Below, piece by piece: positions 39,997-51,744 of a stretch of 64,000 bases of DNA. This DNA comes from Antedon mediterranea (taxonomy: Eukaryota > Animalia > Echinodermata): positions 8,866,001 through 8,930,000 of the forward strand of contig NC_092671.1 in NCBI RefSeq assembly GCF_964355755.1, read 5' to 3'. The notes under the pieces were generated by a model that saw only the letters and a program-made list of their open reading frames with translations, searched no databases and was not told where the DNA came from. Each line of letters opens with the position of its first letter. Within the stretch, counting starts at the first letter, position 1. Made by a program: the position numbers and the translations under genes.

Positions 39997-40837
39997 GCAT
40001 GTTTATAATATAGGCGTATAGTTTACAAATTATTATTTATTTCAATCTCACTTTGCAAACTATTTTTAGCCTTTTAAGACTTTACCATTAAAAAAATCAA
40101 GAGCACAAATATTTGTTTAGGTCTATATAAATCAGATGGGTAATTATTGGAACTAGAAAATAGCATAATTGCTAATCCCTACATATGGCAATATGAAGTA
40201 CCTAATAAAGGTTCAGCATAATCAAAATACCTTTCTACACTCAATAATAATAAATAAATAAATAAAGCTTTATGATGATATTGTTAATTTATTCTTAAGC
40301 CTAATTGGAAATAATTTATATTAAAAAAATGGACCTATACTGCATATGAATGTTTTCATTCTAGGTATAGCAGAGAGCATAATCATAAAATGAGTGGTAA
40401 ATTATTAAAGTCGTTATAAAGAGAGAATGCAGTTTTTAAAATGTCTAAAGTAAAAGCGGGAGAAATAATTATATAGGCCTAATTACCAAAATGCTATAGA
40501 TTTAACTGCCAACTTTTATGCTATAATACACTTAAATACATTAAAAAATGTTGTGGAACAAATAATCTTAATTTAAATAAAAGCCTTAAAATGTTTCATC
40601 TATATTTTTAAAAAGACACTTTAAAATCATTCTCTTCTTCACTCATGTTTTACTTTGTTTGTACTTTCTTCTTTCTCCACTCATGCATTTCAATTTATTT
40701 TATTTCGGAAGAGCGTACATCCATGTCAAATCGGGATCGTTAACCGTAGACCCGTTTAAAACCAAATTTCTATCACTATAGAACCTCTATGATTAAGAGA
40801 GTGTGGCATAAAAACATTTCTTCATCTATAATACATT

Positions 40838-41869
40838 TTAGAGGTCAGAACATCTACAAAATACTTCACGAAACCCTCGTCTAAATCTGATATTTGTTGC
40901 ATTATATATCAACGGATTTAAAGAGGAGTTCAAGAGTGGTAAAAGAAGCAAACTATGCCATTTGTCAAAACTGATAATTGTATATCTTACCAAAACATAC
41001 AGTGTATGAAATGGGAAAATACACAAAACATAAACAAGGACAGTCACAAATAATGTTAGGAAAACTTTTCTTTCTGCTTTATCTCTACGTTTCGTTCCGC
41101 TTGAATGTTTTGCTGTATCACGTGACTTGCGTAATGATATAAGCATGGCTGTATACATAATTATTAAGATTGAAGTTATTGTCCAAGTAAAAGCCACATC
41201 AACAAACATACCGTACTTTTCAAAAGCGACATCATAACACACAAAATATGTATTGACGTCAGTCATATCAGGCCAGGAGTAAGTACCAGTCCCTTCCGTA
41301 TACGTTAACAATTTTCCCACATTGCAACATAGGTTTAAAAACCAAATAATTGCACAAATTTGTACAGACCGCGAAATAGTCCCGAATTTAGTTTTTTGAA
41401 ATTGAAATGGTAGACATATTGCCATACATCGTTCAATTGACATCCATACAATAGTTAAAGCACTGGCTCCTGTTCCAACATACATTATGTATTTTTGTAT
41501 TTGACATAACCATCCGAATTTTAGCTCATTAATGTAACTTTGCGAACGAAATTGGCTCTCAACATAGGACTCCCATGTAAAAGCTGGTACATCTATCAAG
41601 TATAACGTGTCAGCTATGGCCAGATTTGCTAAATACACGTTAATAGCCGTCCACATGTACCTTTTATTCACTATCACAATAATCGTCATTACGTTACCAA
41701 TAATTCCTATGATAATCACTATAGGCATCACGATCGCAATGATAACTCTTTCAAAAGGTGTATATATCAATGAGGCTAAATAGGCGTCCCACCAATCGGC
41801 GTAACTTGAGTTTTCGGCCGACGTTAATGCGATTTCGTCGCTGTACGCGTTACCAATGGTCGACGACAT
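40838..41869 (-). CDS. Intronless rhodopsin-class GPCR, copy 1 (intact, 343 aa)
   Basis: Seven hydrophobic segments; GIIGN, YLANLAIAD, MSIERCMAICLP, CIFP, NSSLNPLIY, FRRGF helix 8; peptide-receptor-like (TRH/GHS/NMU-receptor-like) appearance. Confidence 0.92.
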   Translation of the reverse strand: MSSTIGNAYSDEIALTSAENSSYADWWDAYLASLIYTPFERVIIAIVMPIVIIIGIIGNVMTIIVIVNKRYMWTAINVYLANLAIADTLYLIDVPAFTWESYVESQFRSQSYINELKFGWLCQIQKYIMYVGTGASALTIVWMSIERCMAICLPFQFQKTKFGTISRSVQICAIIWFLNLCCNVGKLLTYTEGTGTYSWPDMTDVNTYFVCYDVAFEKYGMFVDVAFTWTITSILIIMYTAMLISLRKSRDTAKHSSGTKRRDKAERKVFLTLFVTVLVYVLCIFPFHTLYVLVRYTIISFDKWHSLLLLPLLNSSLNPLIYNATNIRFRRGFREVFCRCSDL

Positions 41870-42855
41870 TTTATTGAACAGGTTGTTAAGTTTATAAGTA
41901 GACTAAAGTATATCCGGGCTACCCAGAGAACATACGGAATCGAATCTACGCAAAATAGATACAAATTGTGATATGACGTTGAGAATGATGACGGTAATAA
42001 CAGCTTCAAAGATGTTGATAATGACGTGTGATAGCGGCAATTACTTGATAGCTATATCAGGTTTTCTAGTCCTTCGATATTGAACGAATCGAAGTAGACC
42101 ACTTTATATAATACACGTCATTCACAATATTGATTGTCAGCCACAAAATTGACCGTTATATTGCTTTAAAAAAGTACACCCGCGTGAAGGATTTGAATTA
42201 AAATTGACAAACAGAACAATGTTTTTATTTCGTCAAAAAATATTAATAATGTCAATCGAACGGCGTTAACTTATAAAAACATAAGAGGTTAGCAAATGTA
42301 GTTGTCTGTTGCGCAATTAAGATTGAAATTAAAACAATCGATCTAATCAATCAAATGAACTATGGAGCCTAAAAGAAATTAATTGGCAGGCAATAATTTT
42401 ACAGTTTCTTTGTAGATTTGATCTATTTTGTCGACAATAGGACCGGACCAGTGGATTTTTACTAGTATAATATACCTGGAACTGGGAACAAACATTTTGA
42501 AAATAAAACAGAGTACACATAGCCTACAAAAGAGGTCTTCAGTTAAAACATTTCTACAAAAAAAATTAGAGAGAATTGAGAGTATAGGGAAATGTTATAG
42601 AAGATAATGCATCTAGGAGGCCTGTGTCGTCCCGATCTCTTATAGTTTGCTTCTGATAGCGTTAGGTGATGATTTTCCCCCAACACTTGGTCTACCCCTT
42701 CCTCAGTTTTAAATAGTGCCGTTTAGAACGCCTCCAAAATTTTACTACAGAATCTTTACGCTGACAACCCTGTCTGTGATACCTCATGAAACGTATCATT
42801 CCAGGATTCTGCTTGCCTCTTAGGTTTCCATTTTGACTCTCCTCAGATTTTTCTG

Positions 42856-45245
42856 TATGGAAAGCCAAACCCGCCAAAAATACATAATACATACCATCCA
42901 CCAATAATTAATTCGTACAAAATTCAAACCATCCAATATTATCTCATGCAGTTCAATGAAAACTTAAACCATTCACCTAGTATCTACACCATCCAATACA
43001 ATGTGTGACCATCTACCACTAGCCCAAACGACAATACGCCGAACAAACTACCCATAACACAAACCATCTAAAGAATGTTGAGCCCAGGCAGCAATAATTG
43101 AATTAATCTAACGTTAATACAAGTATATATTAGCCAACTCATTTATCAATATTTCATGTAGTTCATGAACATTTCAAACAAAGCATCTTAATTTTAGTTC
43201 ATCGAATTATAATTCTAATTCATTGCCTGTTTTATACACCGTTCGTCTGTTCAACAGTTGAAACAACTGTTTTGCACACGATACGCCCGTTCGTGAGTTC
43301 AAACCATGATATTTGAAGCATCGACTTTCCAAACAGCGATTTTTCGCACCGAACGTATTTTCTTGAGTTAAAGTGGTTGCATTTCAATCACTTGCTTTTG
43401 ATTGGCCAGTATTACACACCGTTCGCTTGTTCGTGATTTCAAACCATGATATTTGAAGCATCGACTTTCCAAATGGCGATTTTTCGCACCGAACGTATTT
43501 TCTTGAATCACCTACTTTCGATTGGCCAGTATTACACACCGTTCGCTTGTTCGTGATTTCATGTGATAACATTTCATTCGACAATTTTTCAAACGTTAGT
43601 TTTTGACTCTGCTTACGTATATGTCAGTTGATATACTATTTTTTAATTTTCATACTTTCCATAGTCAGTTTTGTACATCATTCGCATTTACGCATGTAAA
43701 GTGTAGATATTCCACTCGACAAGTTTTAAACGGTAGTTTTTCGCACATTTATTGTTTTATTGTTAAATTGTAACTGTTGGCGCCGATTTAATATTGAGGG
43801 GCGGGGGATGAATGTCAACTTTACGACTGTATGACACTTACTTAGGCCTAGGCCTACGTTACACACACAGGGAGATGTAAACTAATTTATAAATTTATTT
43901 TACATCTCCCTGGTTACACACATTATCACAAACTTAAATAATGGAAAAAAAACAGAATGAAATAATATAATTTAGCTTGTGGGCCTGTTACAATTTTACG
44001 CCCCACAACTAGGCCCGGGGTAACACCCACCTCGCGCGCCTGTGGGGGAGAGACAGAGGAGAGAGAGAGCTGGTGTCGTGCTTCTCTCTCCTCCTCTACG
44101 CGGCGGGCGTGTGCGGCGGCTGCTAGATGAGGCCGGTCTAGAGCCATTTTCTGCTATGTGCTCTCTATGATGCATAAATTAACTGTTGTTGAGAAGCTTC
44201 CATTTGTTTACGGGGTAGGCCTATTTTTTGGAAATAATGACATTCATTATGTTTTATAGACTATAGTGGAGACGTAATTAATAAATATCCGAATAAACAT
44301 ATTTTACGAATATTTATCATGGATTAAATAAAAATATGTGTATTGTTATTAAATCATAATTATTTTGTTATTCATCATGCATTAAATAACCCAACGTGTA
44401 GAGGTACCATATTTAAAAATGTGTACTGTTCAAATTCAGTACCGAACACCTCCCCCCCCCCCCCCCCAATATAAAATCGGCGCCAACAGTTACAACACAA
44501 TAAAAAAAAAACTACCGTTTTAAAACTTGTCGAGTGGAATATCTACACTTTACATGCGTAAATGCGAATGATGTACAAAACTGACTATGGAAAGTATGAA
44601 AATTAAAAAATAGTATATCAACTGACATATACGTAAGCGGAGTCAAAAACTAACGTTTGAAAAATTGTCGAATGAATATGTTATCACATGAAATCACGAA
44701 CAAGCGAACGTGATTGAAATGCAACCACTTTAACTCAAGAAAATACGTTCGGTGCGAAAAATCGCTGTTTGGAAAGTCGATGCTTCAAATATCATGGTTT
44801 GAACTGACGAACGGGCGTATCGTGTGCAAAAAAGTTGTTTCAACTGTTGAACAGACGAACGGTGTATAAAACAGGCAATGAATTAGAATTATAATTCGAT
44901 GAACTAAAATTAAGATGCTTTGTTTGAAATGTTCATGAACTACATGAAATGTTGATAAATGAGTTGGCTAATATATACTTGTATTAACGTTAGATTAATT
45001 CAATTATTGCTGCCTGGGCTCAACATTCTTTAGATGGTTTGTGTTATGGGTAGTTTGTTCGGCGTATTGTCGTTTGGGCTAGTGGTAGATGGTCACACAT
45101 TGTATTGGATGGTGTAGATACTAGGTGAATGGTTTAAGTTTTCATTGAACTGCATGAGATAATATTGGATGGTTTGAATTTTGTACGAATTAATTATTGG
45201 TGGATGGTATGTATTATGTATTTTTGGCGGGTTTGGCTTTCCATA
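42856..45245. mobile_element. Non-autonomous long-TIR DNA transposon with IS3EU-like ends
   Basis: Termini TATGGAAAGCC...GGCTTTCCATA; near-perfect inverted arms about 42856-43807 and 44452-45245; 6-bp TSD TTTCTG at 42850-42855 and 45246-45251; no transposase ORF. Confidence 0.8.
43868..43912. mobile_element. 45-bp palindromic micro-element with flanking direct repeat
   Basis: CAGGGAGATGTAAA...TTTACATCTCCCTG flanked by GTTACACACA at 43858-43867 and 43913-43922. Confidence 0.6.
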
Positions 45246-45728
45246 TTTCTGAGTAGATACAGAAAGTTGATAACAACAACAAATCAGACAACTAAAATAT
45301 GTCTTTACTCAATTGTGATATTAGGGATATCTTAATTGATCAAAAAAAGAGCAGGCTTTTGTAACATAATACCGTTTATAATGTTGTTGTAATATAATAA
45401 CATTTATAGCAAACACTATATAGGTAGCTGGTCGTCTCTTGTATTCGTGCACCGCGATGACGTCAATACATAAATAGTCGAGACGCTTTTGTTATTTTAT
45501 GGACGTGCTTTGGATTTTCTCTGTTACCTGTTTCGTATTGTTTCTGCAACATCTGAAAAATATTTCACGAAACCCTCGTCTAAATCTGATATTTGTTGCA
45601 TTATATATCAACGGATTTAACGAGGAGTTCAACATTGCTAAACTTATAAAAAAAATAAACACATTTTCGTCAGAATTGTAAATTCCGTTCTGAAGTAATA
45701 AAAATAAATATGTATAAAATGGAAACAT

Positions 45729-46176
45729 TGTCACGAACTCCTCTCACGTATGTTTCCGAGCGGTTGAAAATACTTTAGGAACTCCCTTGTGACATAAAAG
45801 TATACACACAAAATCCACAAAGTTGTAAAATAACTCAAAAACAAAGCTTTAATTTCAATCAACTTCAACTTTCAACAATCCAGTAAGCACTTTAAACAAC
45901 AGTTTCACAATAACTTTACAATATAATATCCAACCTCTAATCCAACAACCTTACAATAGTTTACATCCCTTTATATACAAGATGCTCCTATCCTTCTAGA
46001 TCATTCTTTATACTTCTCATTATTACATGATTACAGTTTCTATTAATAGCACTTCTGGAATGTTCTTGATTGTTCTTATTAATTATACATGGTTTATTAA
46101 ATCAAAACATCTTATTCTAGAATGTTCATGTAAATACTATGTTACTCTATATGTTAGGGAATGGTAATTTATTACA
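45729..46176 (-). repeat. 3' LTR
   Basis: Direct repeat of 51297-51744; preceded on the minus strand by PPT GAAAGAGGGGGGAG. Confidence 0.95.
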
Positions 46177-46399
46177 CTCCCCCCTCTTTCTGAGCTCAAA
46201 ACTCTTTCTTGGAGTTTTGAGGGGAAAGTATACACGGACGTGGCAAAATATAACATTTCCGACCTAGAAACCCTGTTTAATATATGAATATAAATTCAAA
46301 CTACATTACGTGAAAACCAAATTCTCATTACAAACAAAATGTAAGAAACAAGTAACTTATAAACATTAAAACCTATTTTGTCTATTTGTAAAGTAACCC

Positions 46400-49300
46400 T
46401 TAAGTTAATGGTTTTCGTGACAATCCGTCAGCATTACCATTAGAAATACCCCTTCTATGTACAACAGTAAAGCAATAAGGTTGTAAATCAAGACTCCATC
46501 TAGTTAGTCTTTTGTTTGTCTCTTTCATTTCAACCAACCATTTGAGTGGTTGATGGTCAGTAACTATCTTAAATTTTCTGCCTAGTAGATAATATCACAG
46601 ACTTTCGACAGCCCATTTTATAGCTAAACACTCTTTCTCTATAGTTGCATAATTCTGTTCTCTTGGGAACATCTTACGACTAAGATACAATACTGGATGG
46701 TCAGTACCATCAGGACCTAGTTGACTAAGTACTGCACCTAACCCTCGATCTGACGCATCTGTTTGCAGTATAAACTCTGCATTAAAATCTGGGTTTCGTA
46801 ACACAGGGTCTGAACATAACGCCTGTTTTAACTTTACAAGTGCATCTTCGCACTCAGGCGTCCATTTGATTTTATCTGGATGTTTTTTCCCCGTCAGATC
46901 AGTTAGAGGTGCTGCGATGTCAGCATAATTAGGAATAAACTTTCGGTAGTATCCTGTCAGGCCAAGAAAAGATTTAACATCCTTCTTAGTTTTAGGTTTT
47001 TCCCATTGTACTACCGCTTCTACCTTAGTCTTTTGAGGACGTATCATTCCCTCTCCAACTACATACCCTAAATAATGCACTTTACTATGTGCGAAACTAC
47101 ATTTTGCAGGTTTGACTGTCAGATTAGCTTGCTTGAGGGTCTGAAAAATGTCCCTAAGATGATGGATATGACTTTCCCAGTCTGGACTAAATATTACCAG
47201 ATCATCCATATAAGCTGCTGCATAAGATTCTTTCTTGCGCAACAGTTGATCCATCATTCTTTGAAACGTTGCAGGAGCCCCATGCAAGCCAAATGGTAAA
47301 TACTTAAATTGGTACAAACCCATTGGTGTTGAAAAAGCTGTATATGGTTTTGACCGTTCAGTTAATGGAACCTGCCAGTAACCTTTACATAAATCTAACT
47401 TTGTTATAAATTTAGCAGGACCAACCCTGCCTATTATTTCATCTATTCGAGGCATTGGATATGCATCAAACTTGCTCAAGCTATTCACTTTTTTGTAATT
47501 TACGCAAAAGCGAGCTGTACCGTCCGGCTTTGGTACCATGATATAAGGAGAGGACCAGGGACTGTGAGACTCTTCTATTACCCCAAGTTCCAACATAGAT
47601 TCTATCTCTTCTTTTACTTTGCCTAACTTAGCCTGAGGAATTGGATAAGCTCTTAATCTAACTGGGTGTACCCCTAGGTTCATTTCAATATCATGCTTTA
47701 TTACAGTAGTTTTCCCTGGCTTGTCCTGTAACACTGAGTCAAATTCAGAAAACACCTCCGCTAAATCTGAAAGCTGAGATTCATCTAATCCTTCACCAGA
47801 ATCTAAGGTTAAATTGGAACTAGAAATATTTGACCAAGAAATGTCCTTATCCTGACCCTCGTCTTGTCCAGTTACATCATTTATAGCCAGCATAACCTCA
47901 ATAGTTCTACGATGAAATTGTTTTAAAAGATTTATGTGGTAGACTTTTGACTTTTTCCGTTTATCATTAGTTTCCACCTCATAGTTTACTGGACCTAGTT
48001 TCCTTAAAACCTTGTAAGGACCTTGCCATTTTGCCTCTAATGCATCGTTACTAGATGGTAAGAGTAATAGGACTTCATCACCTGGACTAAATTCTCTACA
48101 AACAGATTTCTGATCATATTTTTGTTTTTGCCTTGTTTGGGATAGTTCAATGTTTTCCTGGACTAGATCTTTCATTGAAGTTAACCTATCTCTCATTTTA
48201 ACAACGTGTGAAACCACACTTTGAGGACCTGTCACCGTGCCTGTCCACATTTCTTTCATTATATCAAGTGGACCTCGTACCTTCCAACCATACAATAATT
48301 CAAATGGAGAGAACCCAGTTGACTCCTGCGGTACCTCCCTATAAGCAAATAATAGGTACGGAAGCAATTTATCCCATTCTCGGGGATCATCCTGAACAAA
48401 TTTTCTAATCATAGCCTTGAGGGTGCCATTAAATCTTTCCACTAATCCATCGGTTTGTGGATGGTAGGGAGAAGTAGTCAAGCCCTTAATTGAAAGTAAC
48501 TTATAAATTTGACTCAACAACTTAGAGGTAAAGTTAGAGCCTTGATCGGTTAAAATTTCTGTTGGTACCCCTACCCTGGAAAATAATTTAATCAACTCAT
48601 CCGCTATCTTTGGAGCTTCAATACTTCTCAGTGGGATAGCCTCCGGATATCGAGTTGCATAATCACATATAACCAAGACATTTTTATTTCCTGTCTTACT
48701 CCGTGCTAGTGGACCAACAATGTCCATAGCGATTCGGCGGAATGGTTCACTGATTATTGGCAAAGGAATCATCGGGGCCTTCAATTTAGTTTTATACTTT
48801 GAAGTTTTCTGACAATTTTCACAAGTGTTACAATATTCGGTCACATCCTTTCTAATACCAGGCCAAAAGAATCTCTGCTTTATCCTATCTAATGTCTTTT
48901 TCCTACCTAAATGACCTGCCAAAGGAATATCATGTGAGACTTTCAATACACTATTACGGCAAGGGTATGGAACTACTAATTGCTCTATTGGTTCTGTCTG
49001 GTGTTTAGTGAAAACCTGCCTAAATAAAATTCCATCCTTACAGACTATCTTTATAGTGTCATCATCCTTCTGTACTAACATCTGTTCTCGAAGTGAAATT
49101 AAAGTTCTATCCTTAACCTGATAATCCTTAATTTTATCTCTGCCAATATCTAAAATGTCTAATTCACTATCTTGGCTAGATTGAGCTTCCTTTGTTTTTG
49201 CAAACTCTTTCCTAACTTTTCGTTTCTCACTTCTGGTTTTATGAACTTTTTCCTTGGGAGGGTTGTTACTGAGTAGTTGGCCATCTAAATGTCCAAATTC

Positions 49301-50959
49301 TTCTTGAAAATTAACCACATCATCTAACTGATGTGAAATAACCCCAGAAGCTTTTTCCGACTTTAATTCGTTTTCCTCTCTTAGTTTTTCTTTTCTAGCA
49401 TGATCTCTAGTGGCAACAAAACTATGCCTATCATGATTCTTATCCCTCTTTCCTAATAAGTCTCCAAATTTAGGAAAGTCCCTACCAAGAATTACATCTC
49501 TTGGTAAATCGCTGCAAACGCCAACCAACAAATTATGGTCTTCGTTATTAATCTTAATATTGACGAATGCAGTAGGATAGGCTTGGACATGGTCATGGAC
49601 GCACCTGCATGTAATTTTAGCTTGCTCCGCGCGATTAATTTTCTTAGCCGCTACTAAATCAGAATGAACAAGTGTCATATCACATCCAGAGTCTATCAAA
49701 ATTTCACAATCACATCCTTCAACTAGGCCTCTACAAATGTAAGGTGTACATGGTTTTGAAACAGTATCTGTCTTTGTCGACAAAAAGCCATCCTTACTTC
49801 GACAAAATCGTTCTATGTGGCCTACTTTTTTGCACCGTCTACAAACGAGAGGTTGTCTAGCGTCAGATTGTGATTTATGAAAGTTATCAGGGGGATTATT
49901 ATTACCCTTACTGTCAACTTCAGGAGTGCCTTTCACTGTTTTCTCCTGGTTGTTTCTATTTTCGTGTTTTCTATTTTGAAACTTTTTCTCAAAATCGATA
50001 CCTTTTCTAGCTTGAAAATAATTATCTGCTAATTCCGCAGCATTTAATCCCGAATCTGGTTTATGTTCTTTAACCCAAATTTGTACCCCTGTGGGCATAA
50101 TATCTATCAATTGCTCTAAAATAACAATTTCAGCTAAATCATCTTTGCTTTTATCAGCAGGCCTAGCCCACTTAGTAAATAAATCTTTTAACCTAACATA
50201 CATTTCTCTATAACTTTCTTCACTTTTCTTTTTAATTGACCTAAACCTTTGCCTATATGTCTCTTCAGTTATGTCATACCTTTGTAATATTGCTTTCTTC
50301 ACTATGTCGTACTGGTTACTTTCTGTCACTGGTAGTGATGCATAGGCTGCTCTTGCTTTGCCTGTCAAATGAGGTATTAGTTTTACTACCCAGTGTTCTT
50401 TTCGCCACTCATAGGTGTTAGCAATACGTTCAAACGTAGTGAGATAATTTTCAATATCATCACTATCAGAAAGCTTTGCAATCTGAACTTCCTTCAATCT
50501 CATTATGTCTTTTAATCGTTTCTCCTCACTGTCCTTTTGCTTGTCCATTAACGCCATTACTAATGCTTGCTGTTTCTCCATATCTTCCCTACGTAAACGT
50601 TCTTGTCTTTCCATATCTTCTTTGCGTAAACGTTCTTGTTTCTCTATATCTTCCTTGCGTAAACGTTCTTGTTTCTCTATATCTTCCCGACGTCTTTCAT
50701 TATCTTCTTGACGTGAACGTTCTTGTTGTTTCATCATCTGCTGCATCATAATATTCTGCTGTTGCATTTGCTGCTGCATCAACAACAAAAAGTCTTTTGA
50801 AAATGAGTCAGCCCCTGTAGGGTTATGTCCACTGGTTGGTCCAGACTCTTCTGCCTGTTGTTCAGGTTGAATTGATTGAACTGATTCTACATCCGAATCA
50901 GTTTCATCGCCGCCGCTGTATTCTCTACCGGATCTTGTTGTTGATTGTTTATCAGCCAT
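46400..50959 (-). CDS. Gag-Pol polyprotein (SCAN-like capsid, CCHC, protease, integrase, RT, RNase H) with one premature TGA
   Basis: CRRCKKVGHIERFC; LIDSGC; SHD...GHLG...CENC, IAMDIVGP, TDQGSNF, VERFNGTL, WQGPYKV; LDLCKGYWQV, YMDD; LQTDAS. TGA at 46595-46597, after which the frame continues YYLLGRKFKIVTDHQPLKWL...NADGLSR to TAA at 46400-46402. Confidence 0.93.
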
Positions 50960-51278
50960 TTTTTAAATCTGGATGAGGGTCTTGTTACTAGTTAATCGTA
51001 GTTACCGAGACGTTCACAAGTCTACTGTTCCAAATAAATAATGTACTGTTCTTAAAACAATGTTTGTGTACTTACGATTAAACAAAACGTAGCACCACGG
51101 CTTCCGTAAGATATCTCAGTATCGTAAGTACCACTTCCTCAAAATATCAATAAAAGTACAGTTGATCCTAAACAGCCACCAATCTATGGCAAAATACAGT
51201 AGATCAAACTGCTACCACAAAATATCACAACAGTACTGTAGATAAATACACAGTTAAGTCGAACAGTAGATCGAAATA

Positions 51279-51291
51279 ACCGCTGCCACCA
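51279..51291 (-). promoter_or_regulatory. Primer-binding site complementary to tRNA-Leu 3' end
   Basis: Minus strand TGGTGGCAGCGGT, 5 nt inside the 5' LTR; complementary to ...ACCGCTGCCACCA of metazoan tRNA-Leu(AAG/TAG) as I recall that sequence. Confidence 0.8.
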
Positions 51292-51296
51292 AATTA

Positions 51297-51744
51297 TGTC
51301 ACGAACTCCTCTCACGTATGTTTCCGAGCGGTTGAAAATACTTTAGGAACTCCCTTGTGACATAAAAGTATACACACAAAATCCACAAAGTTGTAAAATA
51401 ACTCAAAAACAAAGCTTTAATTTCAATCAACTTCAACTTTCAACAATCCAGTAAGCACTTTAAACAACAGTTTCACAATAACTTTACAATATAATATCCA
51501 ACCTCTAATCCAACAACCTTACAATAGTTTACATCCCTTTATATACAAGATGCTCCTATCCTTCTAGATCATTCTTTATACTTCTCATTATTACATGATT
51601 ACAGTTTCTATTAATAGCACTTCTGGAATGTTCTTGATTGTTCTTATTAATTATACATGGTTTATTAAATCAAAACATCTTATTCTAGAATGTTCATGTA
51701 AATACTATGTTACTCTATATGTTAGGGAATGGTAATTTATTACA
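51297..51744 (-). repeat. 5' LTR
   Basis: Direct repeat of 45729-46176. Confidence 0.95.

Larger units (their letters stand above)
45729..51744 (-). mobile_element. Full-length Gmr1-type Ty3/Gypsy LTR retrotransposon
   Basis: 448-bp TG...CA LTRs at 45729-46176 and 51297-51744 (no differences seen by eye); 4-bp TSD ACAT; PBS 51279-51291; polypurine tract 46177-46190; single gag-pol ORF with PR-IN-RT-RH order. Confidence 0.96.

Noticed and set aside
43926-44147. 73-aa minus-strand ORF in the long-TIR element centre
   Set aside because: No transposase or other recognisable motif; explained by locally high GC.
46595-46597. Programmed read-through or selenocysteine at the Gypsy TGA
   Set aside because: It lies inside RNase H at a position that is normally Arg; a C->T nonsense mutation is more parsimonious.
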